From Nanobdellota archaeon (GTDB lineage Archaea > Aenigmatarchaeota > Aenigmatarchaeia > QMZP01), in assembly GCA_043814765.1 (NCBI GenBank), contig JBDRJQ010000029.1:1-64000 (forward strand): a DNA stretch of 64,000 nt, in the 5' to 3' direction. A program made the position numbers and the translations under genes. The notes under the pieces were generated by a model. The model was not told where the DNA came from, did not search any database, and was given only the letters and a program-made list of their open reading frames with translations. Position 1 is the stretch's first letter. Each line of letters begins with the position of its first letter. Positions 50,447 to 60,474 of this stretch are shown here, in pieces.

Positions 50447-50827
50447 ATGGCTAAATTCACTTTAAAGGGAAAAAGTATTGAAGAAATTGAAAAAATGAAC
50501 TTAGAAGAATTTAGAAACTTATTGCCTGCTAAGCAGAGAAGATCATTAAAAAGGTCTCTAACTCCTGTTCAGAAAAAGTTTTTAGAGAAAGTAAAGAATG
50601 AGCCAAAAAAGTTTCACAAAACTCATAACAGAGATCTTATTGTGCTACCAGAATTGGTTGGTAAAAAGATCGGAATTCATACTGGAAAGGAATACGTTAC
50701 CATTGAGATAAACCCTGAAATGCTTGGACACAGACTGGGTGAGTTTGCACCAACAAGAAAAATAGTAAAACATTCTTCGCCTGGTTTCGGTGCAACAAGA
50801 TCATCCAAGTTCGTTCCATTAAAGTAG
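50447..50827 (+). CDS. rps19: 30S ribosomal protein S19
   Basis: MLGHRLGEF and [12 protein letters not shown]. Confidence 0.97.
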   Translation: MAKFTLKGKSIEEIEKMNLEEFRNLLPAKQRRSLKRSLTPVQKKFLEKVKNEPKKFHKTHNRDLIVLPELVGKKIGIHTGKEYVTIEINPEMLGHRLGEFAPTRKIVKHSSPGFGATRSSKFVPLK

Positions 50828-50835
50828 AGGTTATT

Positions 50836-51219
50836 ATGATAAAATACGCTTTAAATCCAAAAGCTTCAAAGTCTGCAAGAGTTTATGGTAGAGCTCTAAG
50901 GGTTTCAAGAAAGAGTTCTGTATTAGTTTGTAAGAAATTGAGCAAAATGAAGCTTGAAAGGGGTAAAAGTTTCCTTAGAAATCTTATAGATGAAAAGGAA
51001 AACATTAGCGGTAAACACTATACAAACACTGCAAAAGAGTTGTCAAATTTGCTAGCTTCTGCTGAAGCCAACGCAGAGGCAAAGGGTTTAGACTTGAATA
51101 AAATTTATATTTCCGCATCTGCGAACAAGGGTTTCACTTTTTGGAGGCCAAGAAACTGGAAGCAGAGAAGAACCAAGAGAAAAATGTCAAATATACAAAT
51201 AGTGCTGGAGGAGAAGTAA
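50836..51219 (+). CDS. rpl22: 50S ribosomal protein L22 (compact form)
   Basis: LRVSRK, AEANAEAKGL and operon position. Confidence 0.92.
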   Translation: MIKYALNPKASKSARVYGRALRVSRKSSVLVCKKLSKMKLERGKSFLRNLIDEKENISGKHYTNTAKELSNLLASAEANAEAKGLDLNKIYISASANKGFTFWRPRNWKQRRTKRKMSNIQIVLEEK

Positions 51220-51998
51220 TGTTAAATCAATACTTCATAAAACAGGGAATAAAGGAAGCTGAGATAGAAAAATTTATCAGAAAGGAATTTCCAATGGGAG
51301 ATTATTCTAAAATAGAGCTTCAGAGAACGCCTATTGGTATAAAAATTGTGATTCATACTAACAAGCCTGGAAAAATTATAGGTCGTGGAGGATCCAATAT
51401 AAACGACATAACAGAAGCTGTAAAGAAGAGGTTTGAACTGGAAAATCCACAAGTTGATGTTAAAATGGTTAAAAATCCTGATTTGGATGCAAAGATAGTT
51501 GCAAAACAAATATCATCTGCACTTGAAAAGGGATACAATTACAAGAAAATTGGCAATTTAACTATCAAGAGAATAATGGATGCAGGCGCAGTAGGTGCTG
51601 AAATATTAATTTCAGGGAGGATAAGCGGCAGTAAAGGTATGAAAGGAAGATTTAATCAGGGTTATCTAAAGCACTGCGGATATCCGGCAAAGGAGCTGGT
51701 TGATTATGGTTTTGAAGAGGCTAACACAAGACCCGGAAAGATTGGTGTTAAAGTTAAAATAATGAAGCAATTTATGGATATAACAGGAGAATTAAGAAAT
51801 AAAGTTGAGCCTGTTCGTGAATCTGCTAAAAAAGAAGAAGATTTAATAGAAGAAAAAATGGAAGGTGTTAAGATTTCTAAGAAACCAAGCAAAAAGATTG
51901 CTAAAAAATCAGCTAAGAAAGATGTCAAGAAAAGGCCTTTAGAAAGGGCTGACTCTAAGACGAGTGAAAGAAATAAAAAGACTTCGGTTAAAAAATAA
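51219..51998 (+). CDS. rps3: 30S ribosomal protein S3
   Basis: KPGKIIGRGG, GYLKHCG, GVKVKIM. Confidence 0.96.
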   Translation: MLNQYFIKQGIKEAEIEKFIRKEFPMGDYSKIELQRTPIGIKIVIHTNKPGKIIGRGGSNINDITEAVKKRFELENPQVDVKMVKNPDLDAKIVAKQISSALEKGYNYKKIGNLTIKRIMDAGAVGAEILISGRISGSKGMKGRFNQGYLKHCGYPAKELVDYGFEEANTRPGKIGVKVKIMKQFMDITGELRNKVEPVRESAKKEEDLIEEKMEGVKISKKPSKKIAKKSAKKDVKKRPLERADSKTSERNKKTSVKK

Positions 51999-52012
51999 TT
52001 AAGGATATTAAA

Positions 52013-52231
52013 ATGGTTATTTCAAGATCAAAAGATTTAAGGAAAATGAATGAAAAGGATTTAGATAAGCGCTTAAAAGAACTAAACTTAGAGCTATCTA
52101 AAGAAAGAGCTAACATAAGCATAGGCGCTTCTGTTGTTTCTCCAGGTAAAATACATGAAATAAGAAAAACTATTGCTCGAATTAAAACCATTAAAAAGGA
52201 AAAAACGGAGGGTAAAGAAACGAATGAGTAA
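52013..52231 (+). CDS. rpl29: 50S ribosomal protein L29
   Basis: PGKIHEIRKTIARIKT. Confidence 0.94.
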   Translation: MVISRSKDLRKMNEKDLDKRLKELNLELSKERANISIGASVVSPGKIHEIRKTIARIKTIKKEKTEGKETNE

Positions 52232-52529
52232 GATTTGCGACAAGTGCGGTTTACCCAAAGAGCTCTGTGTATGTGAAACAATAGCAAAGGAAAAGGAAAA
52301 AATAAATGTTTCTTCTGTCAAACGAAGGTTTGGTAAGATAACTACCTTAGTTGAAGGCATAAGCAAAGATGTTGACAATAAAAAAGTACTAAAGGAGCTT
52401 AAGGGAAAACTTGCATGTGGTGGAACATTAAAAGGTAATACAATAGAACTTCAAGGAAATCATAAAGACAAGGTTAAAGGCATCCTTGTTAAGATGGGAT
52501 TCTCGGCTGACCAGATTGAGGTTGTATAA
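52224..52529 (+). CDS. sui1: Translation initiation factor SUI1/aIF1
   Basis: CGLPKELCVC, KLACGGT, IELQGNH. Confidence 0.95.
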   Translation: MSKICDKCGLPKELCVCETIAKEKEKINVSSVKRRFGKITTLVEGISKDVDNKKVLKELKGKLACGGTLKGNTIELQGNHKDKVKGILVKMGFSADQIEVV

Positions 52530-52953
52530 TCACGAAGGGAAGGTAATCATTGTCGTCATTGATAGTTTTAGTAACGAATATGCCGTCATCCATAGAAATG
52601 TTTCCAGAAAGGGACTGGTAAAAAAAATCTAAAAAGTCAGCTAATTCTTCTTTATCAAAAAACTCATTTTCAAATTCAGTATCAAATAAATACCCAAATA
52701 TTATGCATTCTTGATCATAAATCTGATTATCAGCACTTTTTTGATTTGTTTTTATTTTTCTCAAGTCTTCTACATAAAAATCAGGACAAGCTTTTGTTAT
52801 AATATAGAAGGGGCTGTTCGGTATCTCTTCTGGTCTGGCTTCTAAATTAAATTTGATAGGACAATGAAAATAGACTCCCCTGTTAAGATAATCTTGTATT
52901 GTTTTTCCATTTCTCCAAAGATATATGGGTTCTGATAGAAAAGGGTTCTTCAT
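52489..52953 (-). CDS. Hypothetical protein, antisense within the r-protein operon
   Basis: 154-aa ORF filling the sui1-rnp1 gap. Confidence 0.65.
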   Translation of the reverse strand: MKNPFLSEPIYLWRNGKTIQDYLNRGVYFHCPIKFNLEARPEEIPNSPFYIITKACPDFYVEDLRKIKTNQKSADNQIYDQECIIFGYLFDTEFENEFFDKEELADFLDFFYQSLSGNISMDDGIFVTKTINDDNDYLPFVIIQPQSGQPRIPS

Positions 52954-53041
52954 ATGAGATTCTTTGCCATAGTAATCAGAAACTAGTTGGCCTATTAAAC
53001 CACCTAATTGAATATATAATGCACATAGCTAAATATTTAAC

Positions 53042-53320
53042 ATGAATCCGAAGGATATAGTAAAACACGAACTGATTGGTTTACATGTAGAGGTAGTTGA
53101 TTCCACAGATCCAAGCATGGTTGGATTAGACGGTCGTGTAATAGATGAGACTAGAAACACTCTAATCATAGAAAAGGAAGACGGCTCTGCAAAAACCATT
53201 GTAAAAGAGAACTGTACACTCAGTTTTGAATATGAAGCTGGTAAAAGAGTCAAAGTTGTGGGTAAATTGCTCGTGGCTAGGTCAGAAGACAGGATAAAGA
53301 AAAAACTGAAAAAATGGTAA
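53042..53320 (+). CDS. rnp1: RNase P protein component 1 (Rpp29)
   Basis: HELIGL and GRVIDETRNT. Confidence 0.95.
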   Translation: MNPKDIVKHELIGLHVEVVDSTDPSMVGLDGRVIDETRNTLIIEKEDGSAKTIVKENCTLSFEYEAGKRVKVVGKLLVARSEDRIKKKLKKW

Positions 53321-53404
53321 ATGGCTCTGTTTTAGCTTGTTTTTGAAAATGTTTATATATTTATTAATTAATATAGCAACTTATAGTTACTGTAACATGA
53401 TATT

Positions 53405-53731
53405 ATGAAAAAATCAATAGGGGTGAGGCTAGAACCTCCAAAGGAAACTTGTAATGATTCGCACTGTGCTTGGCATGGTCAGTTAGCTGTAAGAGGAAAG
53501 GTTTTTAGTGGTGTTGTTAAATCTGACAAAACTAAAAATACTTCGGTTGTTGAATGGAAATATCACAAAAAAATACAAAAATATGACAGATATGAGAGAA
53601 GAAAATCACGAGTAACTGCACACAAACCCGATTGCATGAAGGCTAAAGAAGGTGACAGGGTTGTAATAGCTGAATGCAGACCACTTTCAAAGACAAAACA
53701 TTTCGTCGTGGTTGCTGTTGTAAAGGAGTAA
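53405..53731 (+). CDS. rps17: 30S ribosomal protein S17
   Basis: CNDSHCAWHG and ECRPLSKTK. Confidence 0.96.
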   Translation: MKKSIGVRLEPPKETCNDSHCAWHGQLAVRGKVFSGVVKSDKTKNTSVVEWKYHKKIQKYDRYERRKSRVTAHKPDCMKAKEGDRVVIAECRPLSKTKHFVVVAVVKE

Positions 53732-53735
53732 TCAT

Positions 53736-54134
53736 ATGAAAGCGCTGCAAACCAAACCCATAAAGTCGTTGCCTGTGGGCGCACGCCTTAACTGTATCGA
53801 CAACAGTGGTGCAAAAATTCTGGAGATAATTGCTGTTCGCGGACACAAGGGCACTAGAAGGAGCAAACCAAAAGCTGGCGTAGCGAATATTGTAATGTGC
53901 AAGGTAATAAAAGGTAATGAGAAGGTAAGACATCAGGTTTTCAAGGCTGTCATAGTGAGACAGAAAAAGGAGTACAAACGACTGAATGGCATGCGAATAA
54001 GATTTGAAGATAATGCAGCTATTTTGGTTGACGATAAGTTTGAAGCAAAGGGAACTGTTATAAAAGGTCCTGTTGCAAAGGAATCTGTTGAAAGATTTCC
54101 TGTAATAGGAAAAATAGCCAATATTGTTGTTTAG
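53736..54134 (+). CDS. rpl14: 50S ribosomal protein L14
   Basis: DNSGAK, FEDNAA, GPVAKE. Confidence 0.97.
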   Translation: MKALQTKPIKSLPVGARLNCIDNSGAKILEIIAVRGHKGTRRSKPKAGVANIVMCKVIKGNEKVRHQVFKAVIVRQKKEYKRLNGMRIRFEDNAAILVDDKFEAKGTVIKGPVAKESVERFPVIGKIANIVV

Positions 54135-54145
54135 ATGGTGATAAA

Positions 54146-54472
54146 ATGGAAAATGTATCATTTGACGAGTGGCAGAAGATGGATGTAAGAGTAGCAAAAA
54201 TAGAGTCGGCAGAAAGGATTGAAGGCGCTGATAAACTTCTAAAGCTTGTTGTTAGTTTAGGCAAAGAAAAAAGGGATTTGGTAGCTGGCATAGCAGAATT
54301 CTATGCATCTGAAGAGCTTGTAGGCAAGACAATTCCTATTCTCACAAATCTTGAACCGAAACAGTTCAAGGGCGTAACAAGTCATGGTATGATTCTGGCA
54401 ATAGAACATAAAGGAAAAGCTGTTTTAATGTTGCCTGATAAGGATGTTAAAGAAGGAAGTAAAGTAATGTAG
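54146..54472 (+). CDS. Stand-alone tRNA-binding OB-fold protein (Trbp111/CsaA/MetRS-C like)
   Basis: DVRVAKI, ADKLLKL, NLEPK, SHGMIL. Confidence 0.92.
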   Translation: MENVSFDEWQKMDVRVAKIESAERIEGADKLLKLVVSLGKEKRDLVAGIAEFYASEELVGKTIPILTNLEPKQFKGVTSHGMILAIEHKGKAVLMLPDKDVKEGSKVM

Positions 54473-54479
54473 GTGTTAT

Positions 54480-54968
54480 ATGAAAAAAGCATGGTCAACT
54501 AGTTGGGTGAGCAGCAAGCAACCAAGAAAGCAGAGAAAATATAGATATAATGCTCCTATGCATGTAAGACAAAGCTTTGTTTCTGTTCATCTTTCACCTT
54601 CTCTAAGAAGTCAATTCAAAACTCGTTCTGTTCCTGCAAGGAAGGGTGACGAATTAAGAATTATGGATGGATCGTTTAAAGGGAAGACAGGAAGTGTTGA
54701 AAAAGTCAATCTTAAAAAATGTAAAATTTATGTTGATAACATAAAAATCAAAAAAGGAGACGGTTCTGAAGTGATGAAAGCTCTTGAACCGTCAAATCTG
54801 ATGATAACTAAATTGAACATGGATGATAAATTAAGACAAAAATCATTGAATAGGAAACGCCTGAAAGGTAAAAAACCTTTAGAAAAACCTAAAGAAAGTG
54901 TTTTAGAAAAACCAGCAAAGAAAACTGTTAAAAGTGTTGTAAAGCATAAAAAGGATTCTGGCAAGTGA
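54480..54968 (+). CDS. rpl24: 50S ribosomal protein L24
   Basis: SKQPRKQRK and PSNLMI. Confidence 0.96.
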   Translation: MKKAWSTSWVSSKQPRKQRKYRYNAPMHVRQSFVSVHLSPSLRSQFKTRSVPARKGDELRIMDGSFKGKTGSVEKVNLKKCKIYVDNIKIKKGDGSEVMKALEPSNLMITKLNMDDKLRQKSLNRKRLKGKKPLEKPKESVLEKPAKKTVKSVVKHKKDSGK

Positions 54969-54973
54969 TGATT

Positions 54974-55657
54974 ATGGCTCATTTAAAAAGATACTCAATG
55001 CCGAACATATGGCCCCTTTCCGTTAAGGATAAGGTTTGGGTAGGCAAACCTATGCCTGGTACACATAGAAAAGACAAGTGCATAACAATGAGCATACTAG
55101 TCAGAAACATTTTAAAATATGGAGATAGCGCAAAGGAAACTAAAAAATTAATAGGTGAAGGAAAAATTCTAGTTGATAAGATTCCTAGAAAAGAACCTAA
55201 TTTCCCTTTAGGTTTTATGGATATTATTGAAATTCCTGAGATTAAAGATTATTTCAGGGTTAACATAAATAACAAAGGCTTGGTTTTAGAGAAGATAAAT
55301 TCTGCTGATTCTGAAAAAAAGATGTGCATAATTCTAGACAAAACCATAATCAAAGGTGGAAAATGTCAATTAAATCTGCATGATGGAAAAAATCTCATAG
55401 TTGATAAACCAAAAACTTATAAAACCGGTGACACTGTAATAATAGATTTGACCAGTAAAAAAATAATCAAACACTTCCAGTTGAATAAAAACGCATCAGC
55501 TCTAATAATTGATGGTAGAAACAGAGGATTAACAGGAAAAATAAAGGAGATAAAGGAAAGAGGAAGTGTACAAGAAAAGGCTAGCATTATCATGAATATT
55601 AAGGGGAAGGAAATAGAAACTCTTAAAAAATATGTTATGGTTGGTGATTTCGCATGA
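54974..55657 (+). CDS. rps4e: 30S ribosomal protein S4e
   Basis: HLKR, GFMDII, QLNLHDG. Confidence 0.96.
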   Translation: MAHLKRYSMPNIWPLSVKDKVWVGKPMPGTHRKDKCITMSILVRNILKYGDSAKETKKLIGEGKILVDKIPRKEPNFPLGFMDIIEIPEIKDYFRVNINNKGLVLEKINSADSEKKMCIILDKTIIKGGKCQLNLHDGKNLIVDKPKTYKTGDTVIIDLTSKKIIKHFQLNKNASALIIDGRNRGLTGKIKEIKERGSVQEKASIIMNIKGKEIETLKKYVMVGDFA

Positions 55658-56178
55658 AAACAGAAAATCCCATGAAGCAGATAAAAATTGAAAAAATCAC
55701 TATCAATCGAGGTGTAGGAGAAGCAGGACCTGGAATAGAGAAAGCACAAAAAATGCTTCAAATGATTACAGGAAACAAGAAAGTTGTTGTAACAAAAACT
55801 CATAAAAGAAACACGTTTGGTGTTGCAAAAGGCAGACCTATAGGAGTAAAGACAACCGTAAGAGGAAAGGATGCAAAAGTTTTGCTGGAAAAACTTCTAG
55901 GTGAATCAGAAAAAATGATAAAACCTTCATCTTTTGACAATCAAGGCAACTTTTCATTCGGAATTCATGAGTACATAAACATACCAGGTGTGAGATACGA
56001 TCCTGATATAGGTATTCTTGGCATGGATGTATGTGTTACACTAGAAAGGCCTGGATTTAGAGTTAAAAAACGTAGATTAAAGAATAAAATAGGCAGATCT
56101 CATAGAATAACAAAAGAGGAATCAATCGAGTTTGCAAAAAAGGAACTCGGTGTTAAACTTATAGAGGATAAGGAATGA
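55654..56178 (+). CDS. rpl5: 50S ribosomal protein L5
   Basis: GNFSFGIHE and YDPDIGILG. Confidence 0.97.
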   Translation: MKTENPMKQIKIEKITINRGVGEAGPGIEKAQKMLQMITGNKKVVVTKTHKRNTFGVAKGRPIGVKTTVRGKDAKVLLEKLLGESEKMIKPSSFDNQGNFSFGIHEYINIPGVRYDPDIGILGMDVCVTLERPGFRVKKRRLKNKIGRSHRITKEESIEFAKKELGVKLIEDKE

Positions 56179-56396
56179 GTTACGAAAGAGTTAGAAAACA
56201 GATAGAGAATAAGCCTGAAAAACTGGCTAGATTTGAAAAATTCAATAAAGCCAGGGATAGAAAATTCGGGAAAGGTACGTTTAAATGTAGAAAATGCAAT
56301 AGACATGGTGGCATAGTCAGAAAATACGGACTTTTCTACTGCAGACAGTGTTTTAGAGAAGAAGCTGAGAATATTGGCTTCAAAAAATATTCATAG
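56175..56396 (+). CDS. rps14: 30S ribosomal protein S14
   Basis: CRKC...CRQCFRE...GFKKY. Confidence 0.95.
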   Translation: MSYERVRKQIENKPEKLARFEKFNKARDRKFGKGTFKCRKCNRHGGIVRKYGLFYCRQCFREEAENIGFKKYS

Positions 56397-56406
56397 GTGG
56401 ATTGAT

Positions 56407-56793
56407 ATGAAACATGATTTGGTCGCAGACATGTTCTGCAATATAAAGAATGCGGAGAATATAGGTAAGAAAGAATGCCTTACACCTGCCTCTAAAACTA
56501 TAGAATCTATTCTAGCTATAATGAAGAAAGGTAATTATATTGGTGATTTTGAAAGAATAAAGGATGGTAAAGGTGATAGATTTAAAATCAATCTTTTAGG
56601 AAAGATAAACAATTGCAATGTCATAAAACCGAGATTTTCTATTAAAAAAAACGATTTCATAAAATGGGAAAAGAAATTCCTGCCTGCTAACAGCATAGGA
56701 ATTCTTATTTTAACAACATCCGCTGGCGTAATGAATCAGAAAGAATCTATGGATGGAAATATTGGCGGCAAACTTTTAGGTTTTGTTTATTGA
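56407..56793 (+). CDS. rps8: 30S ribosomal protein S8
   Basis: IKPRF and GGKLLGFVY. Confidence 0.96.
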   Translation: MKHDLVADMFCNIKNAENIGKKECLTPASKTIESILAIMKKGNYIGDFERIKDGKGDRFKINLLGKINNCNVIKPRFSIKKNDFIKWEKKFLPANSIGILILTTSAGVMNQKESMDGNIGGKLLGFVY

Positions 56794-56800
56794 GGTTGAC

Positions 56801-57061
56801 ATGAGCGAGAAAGATATCAAAAATGCAATAAAAGAGAAGAAAATTGAAATTGGCAGCAAAAGCGTGATTAACGGTCTCAAAAACAGCCTTTTGGCAACTG
56901 TTTTCTATGCTGACAACTGTCCAGAAACAGTATTAAATCAATTAAATCATTATTCTAAGGTTTCAAACATAGCAATTAAAAAGTTTAATGGTAATTCAGA
57001 AGTGCTCGGTGAGCTATGCGCAAAACCATTTAATATACTAATGGTCGGCATAAAAAAGTAG
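56801..57061 (+). CDS. rpl30e: 50S ribosomal protein L30e
   Basis: ADNCP and LGELCAKPF. Confidence 0.92.
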   Translation: MSEKDIKNAIKEKKIEIGSKSVINGLKNSLLATVFYADNCPETVLNQLNHYSKVSNIAIKKFNGNSEVLGELCAKPFNILMVGIKK

Positions 57062-57105
57062 AAGACTTAAATAAAATCATGTACAATTAAAACTAGTGGG
57101 ATACG

Positions 57106-57510
57106 ATGAGTGTTAAACTTAAAACAGATGATATAAGAACTATTGCAGTTTTTGAAAATATGACAAAGGTTCACGCAAAGGATTGTATTATAACAGACGA
57201 TTGTGTGTATTTTCTTGTTGACCAGAAAAAAATTGGCCTGGCTATAGGTAAGAACGGTGTAATTGTAAGAGAGGTTAGAAATGCTCTCGGAAAGCCAATA
57301 AAAATATTTGCTTATTCCAGTAACCCAAAAGAGCTTATCAGCAACATGATACCCAACATAAAGAATCTTGATTTTAGCGGCGACTCAATGACAATAACAA
57401 TTCCAGCTGAGGAAAAGATGGGGGCTATAGGAAAAAACGGAAAAAACATTAAAATTATAAAATCTATCATGGAAAGGCATTTTAACATAAAGAACGTTAA
57501 AATAAGATAA
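57106..57510 (+). CDS. nusA: Archaeal NusA (KH-domain) transcription factor
   Basis: Two AIGKNG KH motifs. Confidence 0.93.
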   Translation: MSVKLKTDDIRTIAVFENMTKVHAKDCIITDDCVYFLVDQKKIGLAIGKNGVIVREVRNALGKPIKIFAYSSNPKELISNMIPNIKNLDFSGDSMTITIPAEEKMGAIGKNGKNIKIIKSIMERHFNIKNVKIR

Positions 57511-57590
57511 AACGATTGTAAGCAAGACATAACTTTATAATTCATAATCTACAATAAAGTTTATAAACTAGAAAGATAATTGAGTTTGTT

Positions 57591-58364
57591 ATGAAAACAA
57601 AGATTCTATCCAAGAAAGGAGATCACTTGAGTTTTTTGCTGGAAGACACTACACCTGCTTTTGCAAACGCTCTTAGAAGAATAATGATTTCTGAAGTGCC
57701 AACAATGGCTGTAGAATGGGTTGATTTTCAAGACAACTCTTCAGCACTATTTGATGAAATAGTAGCGCACAGGTTGGGAATGTTACCTATAAAATTTAAT
57801 TCAGACAAGTTCAATTTCACAGAAGATTGTAAATGCAAGGGTAAGGGATGTCCTCTGTGTCAGGTTGTTTTTTCTGGAAATAAAGAAGGGCCTGGTATTA
57901 TCTATTCAGGGGATATGAAATCATCTAATTCCAGTGTTAAAATAACAGATCCTAATTTTCCTATCGTAGAACTATTGAAAGGTCAAAAAATTAAATTTAA
58001 TGCTGTTGCACGCTTGGGTATAGGTAAAAATCACATAAAGCATCAAGCTGCGAATGCCGCTTACAGATATTATCCTGAAATTGTGGCTGAAGGAAAGGAC
58101 TGGAAAAAGTTTGTCAGCTCTTGCCACAGGGATCTAATAAAAGCAGGAACTCAGCCAAAACTCAGCGATCCTGTAAAGTGTAATCTCTGCAGGTCATGTG
58201 AGGAAATCAGCAATGGAGAGCTTCGTATTATAGGCAATGAAAACGCCTTCATATTCAATATTGAATCTGTTTCAGGTCTTACTCCTGCTGATATTGTAAT
58301 AACCGCATCAAATATACTCGGTAATAAAACATCTGAATTTAAAAAGCTGGTTGCCAAATTATAA
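57591..58364 (+). CDS. rpoD: RNA polymerase subunit D (Rpo3)
   Basis: ANALRR, LFDEIVAHRLGMLP, Cys clusters. Confidence 0.96.
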   Translation: MKTKILSKKGDHLSFLLEDTTPAFANALRRIMISEVPTMAVEWVDFQDNSSALFDEIVAHRLGMLPIKFNSDKFNFTEDCKCKGKGCPLCQVVFSGNKEGPGIIYSGDMKSSNSSVKITDPNFPIVELLKGQKIKFNAVARLGIGKNHIKHQAANAAYRYYPEIVAEGKDWKKFVSSCHRDLIKAGTQPKLSDPVKCNLCRSCEEISNGELRIIGNENAFIFNIESVSGLTPADIVITASNILGNKTSEFKKLVAKL

Positions 58365-58380
58365 ATGTTTGGTGTAATTA

Positions 58381-58575
58381 ATGACTTCAAAGGCTATAAC
58401 TTTTTGGATAATTGGAGCTTTGTTAATTTTTGCAGGTTCTTGGATAATAGGCAACCTCGAATTAACAGTTGGTGTTGACGTGGGTATTTACACCATAATG
58501 GCTGTAGTTTCGTTCCTTTTTATATTGATGGGCGGAATATGCTGGATATACGTAAGTAAAAGAGATATCAAATAA
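58381..58575 (+). CDS. Small two-TM membrane protein
   Basis: 64-aa hydrophobic ORF. Confidence 0.7.
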   Translation: MTSKAITFWIIGALLIFAGSWIIGNLELTVGVDVGIYTIMAVVSFLFILMGGICWIYVSKRDIK

Positions 58576-58644
58576 ACCAACTTATTTATAAATATACTGT
58601 TTATATTGTATAGTTATACAATCATTTCGAGATGGAGTAATTAC

Positions 58645-59070
58645 ATGCCAGGAGAATTCGCTGCACGAACTTTGAAGAAGAAAAGAAACAAGTTTAGATG
58701 GAAGTCTACGCCTCATAAGATAAAAAAGATGAAGCTTTGGGCACTCAGGCCAATGAGAGGTGCTCCTCGTGCAAAAGCTATTGTTTTAAAGAAAAAGGGT
58801 ATTGAGCAAAAACAGCCGCACTCTGGTATAATAAAGGCAGTCCGTGTTCAGCTAATAAAAAATGGCATACATGTAACAGCTTTTGTGCCAAAAACAGGTG
58901 CCATAAAACACATAGATGAGCACGATGAAGTTACTATTGAAGGCATAGGCGGTTCTCAGGGCGGTGCAGTTGGTTCTATGCACGGCATTAAATATAAAGT
59001 AGTTGCTGTTAATGGTGTCTCTTTAAATGAGATATTAAAGGGTAAGAAGGAGAAACCAAAGGGTGCTTAA
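58645..59070 (+). CDS. rps12: 30S ribosomal protein S12 (divergent)
   Basis: [22 protein letters not shown]. Confidence 0.96.
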   Translation: MPGEFAARTLKKKRNKFRWKSTPHKIKKMKLWALRPMRGAPRAKAIVLKKKGIEQKQPHSGIIKAVRVQLIKNGIHVTAFVPKTGAIKHIDEHDEVTIEGIGGSQGGAVGSMHGIKYKVVAVNGVSLNEILKGKKEKPKGA

Positions 59071-59071
59071 T

Positions 59072-59668
59072 ATGACTGATATTCTTTTGTTCAATAAATG
59101 GAACTTGACTGATGTAAAAGTCGAGGATCCAGGACTAGTTAGCTACATAAATTTAAGACCTGTTATTGTTCCAAAATCTAGCGGAAAGTACTCCGCAGGC
59201 ATGCACAAAAACAAGATGAATATTGTTGAGCGCTTCATAAACAGACTGATGGTTCCTGGCCATAGAGGAAAGAAACACAAGATAACTTCTGGTCATTCAC
59301 CGGCAAGTTACAACGCTATATATCTTTCTGTAAAGGATGCTTTTGACATAATAGAGAGAAAAACCAAGAAAAATCCTGTTCAGGTTCTCGTCAGTGCTGT
59401 TGAAAATTCAGCTATGATGGAAGAAGTTGCTTCTTACAGACTTGGTGGAACAATAGCGAGAAAAGCAGTTGTATGTACTCCACAGAGAAGAGTAGATCTT
59501 GCTCTAAGATACCTAACACAAGGCATTTTCAAAGTAACATTCAAGAATAGGAAATCATTTGCGAATGTTATAGCTGATGAATTGATTACCGCATCAAACA
59601 ACGACAGCAAGAACTTCGCCATCTCTGAAAGAAACAGGCTGGAAAAGGAAGCAGAAGGTGCAAGATAG
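59072..59668 (+). CDS. rps7: 30S ribosomal protein S7
   Basis: IVERFIN, NPVQVLV, PQRRVDLAL. Confidence 0.96.
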   Translation: MTDILLFNKWNLTDVKVEDPGLVSYINLRPVIVPKSSGKYSAGMHKNKMNIVERFINRLMVPGHRGKKHKITSGHSPASYNAIYLSVKDAFDIIERKTKKNPVQVLVSAVENSAMMEEVASYRLGGTIARKAVVCTPQRRVDLALRYLTQGIFKVTFKNRKSFANVIADELITASNNDSKNFAISERNRLEKEAEGAR

Positions 59669-59734
59669 AAAGCGCAAGATAAAGTCCACAAGATATATAT
59701 GTGTTTATTTCTAATAATATAATATCATTCAAAG

Positions 59735-60418
59735 GTGGATAAAATCAAAAAAACATTTTTCATTTCAGGAATATTGGTTTTGTTATTCTTTTTTGTAATC
59801 GGCAGTGTTTCTGCAGTTCAGGATGACCTATGCGACACATCCAACCCGGAAGGGTATGGCTGCATGCGCTTTGAATGGATATGCTGGGATGCACCTTTTA
59901 TTAATATATTCATAGATACAACTTGCTATAGCAGTAATCTTAATCCATATAAGTTTCCGTATCCAGATTCAGATTGTGAAGACCTAGAACCTTTTTGGTG
60001 TTATAATGATAAGGGAGTAGCGACGCACCTAGCGCGCATATACGTTGATTGCGCTGATTGTGATGTCATTAAAGGGTGCTGTTACAACATAACAAAACCA
60101 TATAATCACTTAATTTTAATTGGGATTTTAACTGAAGAAGAATGCTATGAAAACGACATATATGATGAATATTACTGGGACAAAGATTGTATGAGGGGGT
60201 ATAATGATTTTTGGCCACTTGTTGCTAGGGCTGTTTCACGCTCAGGAGAGCCTGCCGTTTCTCCTGCATCAGGCCGAAGCATGGGACCTTTCATTGATGC
60301 GCTTCCGCAGATAAGCGTCATCGTCATTGCAGCGCTTGCGTGCTTGTTTGTCTATGTGATGACGGCTGGAAAGTTCATAAAGCGCAGAACCAAAAAGAAG
60401 GGTAAAAGGAAGAAGTAA
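59735..60418 (+). CDS. Cys-rich secreted protein with GPF-TM-basic tail (paralog 1)
   Basis: Signal peptide; N- and C-terminal parts near-identical to the next gene. Confidence 0.85.
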   Translation: MDKIKKTFFISGILVLLFFFVIGSVSAVQDDLCDTSNPEGYGCMRFEWICWDAPFINIFIDTTCYSSNLNPYKFPYPDSDCEDLEPFWCYNDKGVATHLARIYVDCADCDVIKGCCYNITKPYNHLILIGILTEEECYENDIYDEYYWDKDCMRGYNDFWPLVARAVSRSGEPAVSPASGRSMGPFIDALPQISVIVIAALACLFVYVMTAGKFIKRRTKKKGKRKK

Positions 60419-60474
60419 GTTTTATTTTTCATCTGGGAAAAGGTAATATATTCGCGCGCACCAATTATTAAGCA

